Source: Pseudomonadota bacterium (GTDB lineage Bacteria; Myxococcota_A; UBA9042). From it: a DNA stretch of 64,000 nucleotides. The stretch covers positions 696 to 64,695 of the forward strand of contig SXRM01000319.1 of NCBI GenBank assembly GCA_005792545.1, read 5' to 3'. Position numbers and translations under genes: made by a program. How positions within the stretch are numbered: the first letter of the stretch is position 1; every line of letters starts with the position of its first letter. This document shows positions 63,718 to 64,000 of the stretch, piece after piece. The notes under the pieces are model-generated. The model searched no databases and was not told the DNA's origin. It saw only the letters and a list, made by a program, of their open reading frames with translations.

Positions 63718-64000
63718 CTACCCCTCGCTCACGCCCCACGCCTGCAAGCGCAACCCGCTGACGGTCAAGTCCATCTCCGTCAGCGCAAAGCCGGGCAACT
63801 GCGCAGGCATGCGCTCGCGAATGCCGACATCAATCAAAATCTCGGTCGGCTTGGCCAGATCTTCGCCGAGCTTGCACGCGATGTTGACCGCGTCGCCGAA
63901 ATAGTCGTGGTCCTCAACGACAAGGATCTTGCCCCACGCGATGCCGATGCTGACGTGAACATCCTTTTCGTCGGGCGTGGCGATGTTCTGGGTCTCGAAA
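63718..64000 (-). CDS. class III adenylate/guanylate cyclase catalytic domain, C-terminal fragment (5' end outside window)
   Basis: The reverse-strand translation ...VHVSIGIAWGKILVVEDHDYFGDAVNIACKLGEDLAKPTEILIDVGIRERM...GLRLQAWGVSEG-stop fits the ...G.G.....DY.G..VN.A.RL......EIL block of nucleotidyl cyclases. It is not in the ORF track because no start lies inside the window. Confidence 0.6.
   Translation of the reverse strand, partial: FETQNIATPDEKDVHVSIGIAWGKILVVEDHDYFGDAVNIACKLGEDLAKPTEILIDVGIRERMPAQLPGFALTEMDLTVSGLRLQAWGVSEG

Noticed and set aside
1-64000. Selenoprotein genes (same-frame ORF pairs separated by TGA) in this window
   Set aside because: I checked adjacent same-strand ORFs. 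The only same-frame neighbours I noticed (…-1063 and 1085-1795) are separated by TAG and are unrelated families. No candidate was found, though this by-eye check was not exhaustive.

Overview
Visibly GC-rich bacterial chromosomal segment; third codon positions are almost always G/C, so every real gene casts long antisense 'shadow' ORFs. The gene content points to a myxobacterium (Myxococcota): eukaryote-like Ser/Thr kinases, PEGA-domain proteins, many lipobox lipoproteins, a 'Myxococcus cysteine-rich repeat', and very large cysteine-rich secreted proteins. That taxon call is inference. I can support about 50 protein-coding genes, one tRNA, one frameshifted gene, three small non-coding repeat structures and one orphan intrinsic terminator. 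The tRNA is a selenocysteine tRNA at 3331-3427 (-) that the ORF track cannot show. Housekeeping genes: pxpB-pxpC, a Nudix hydrolase, type-2 ileS, def-fmt-proC, iadA, tesB, glgA-glgC. The most interesting content: (1) secreted or lipid-anchored proteins built from modules normally associated with eukaryotic extracellular matrix. These are five somatomedin-B-like domains plus about ten slime-mold-type Cys repeats in one lipoprotein (27968-30253), a fibrinogen-C-like protein (51073-52719), and a cbEGF / thrombospondin-type-3 / lamin-tail mosaic lipoprotein (52754-55894). (2) A lipoprotein with six tandem ~46-aa, 8-Cys repeats that I cannot place in a family, located just downstream of a kinase (7724-9271). 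(3) A eukaryote-type PFK-2/FBPase-2 next to selC. (4) A six-gene, all-exported locus (21549-30253) lying divergent from a translationally coupled operon of kinase, PEGA protein, Cys-cluster protein and amidohydrolase. (5) A T8 homopolymer frameshift in an outer-membrane beta-barrel gene. Every family assignment rests on motif recognition by eye; no database search was run.
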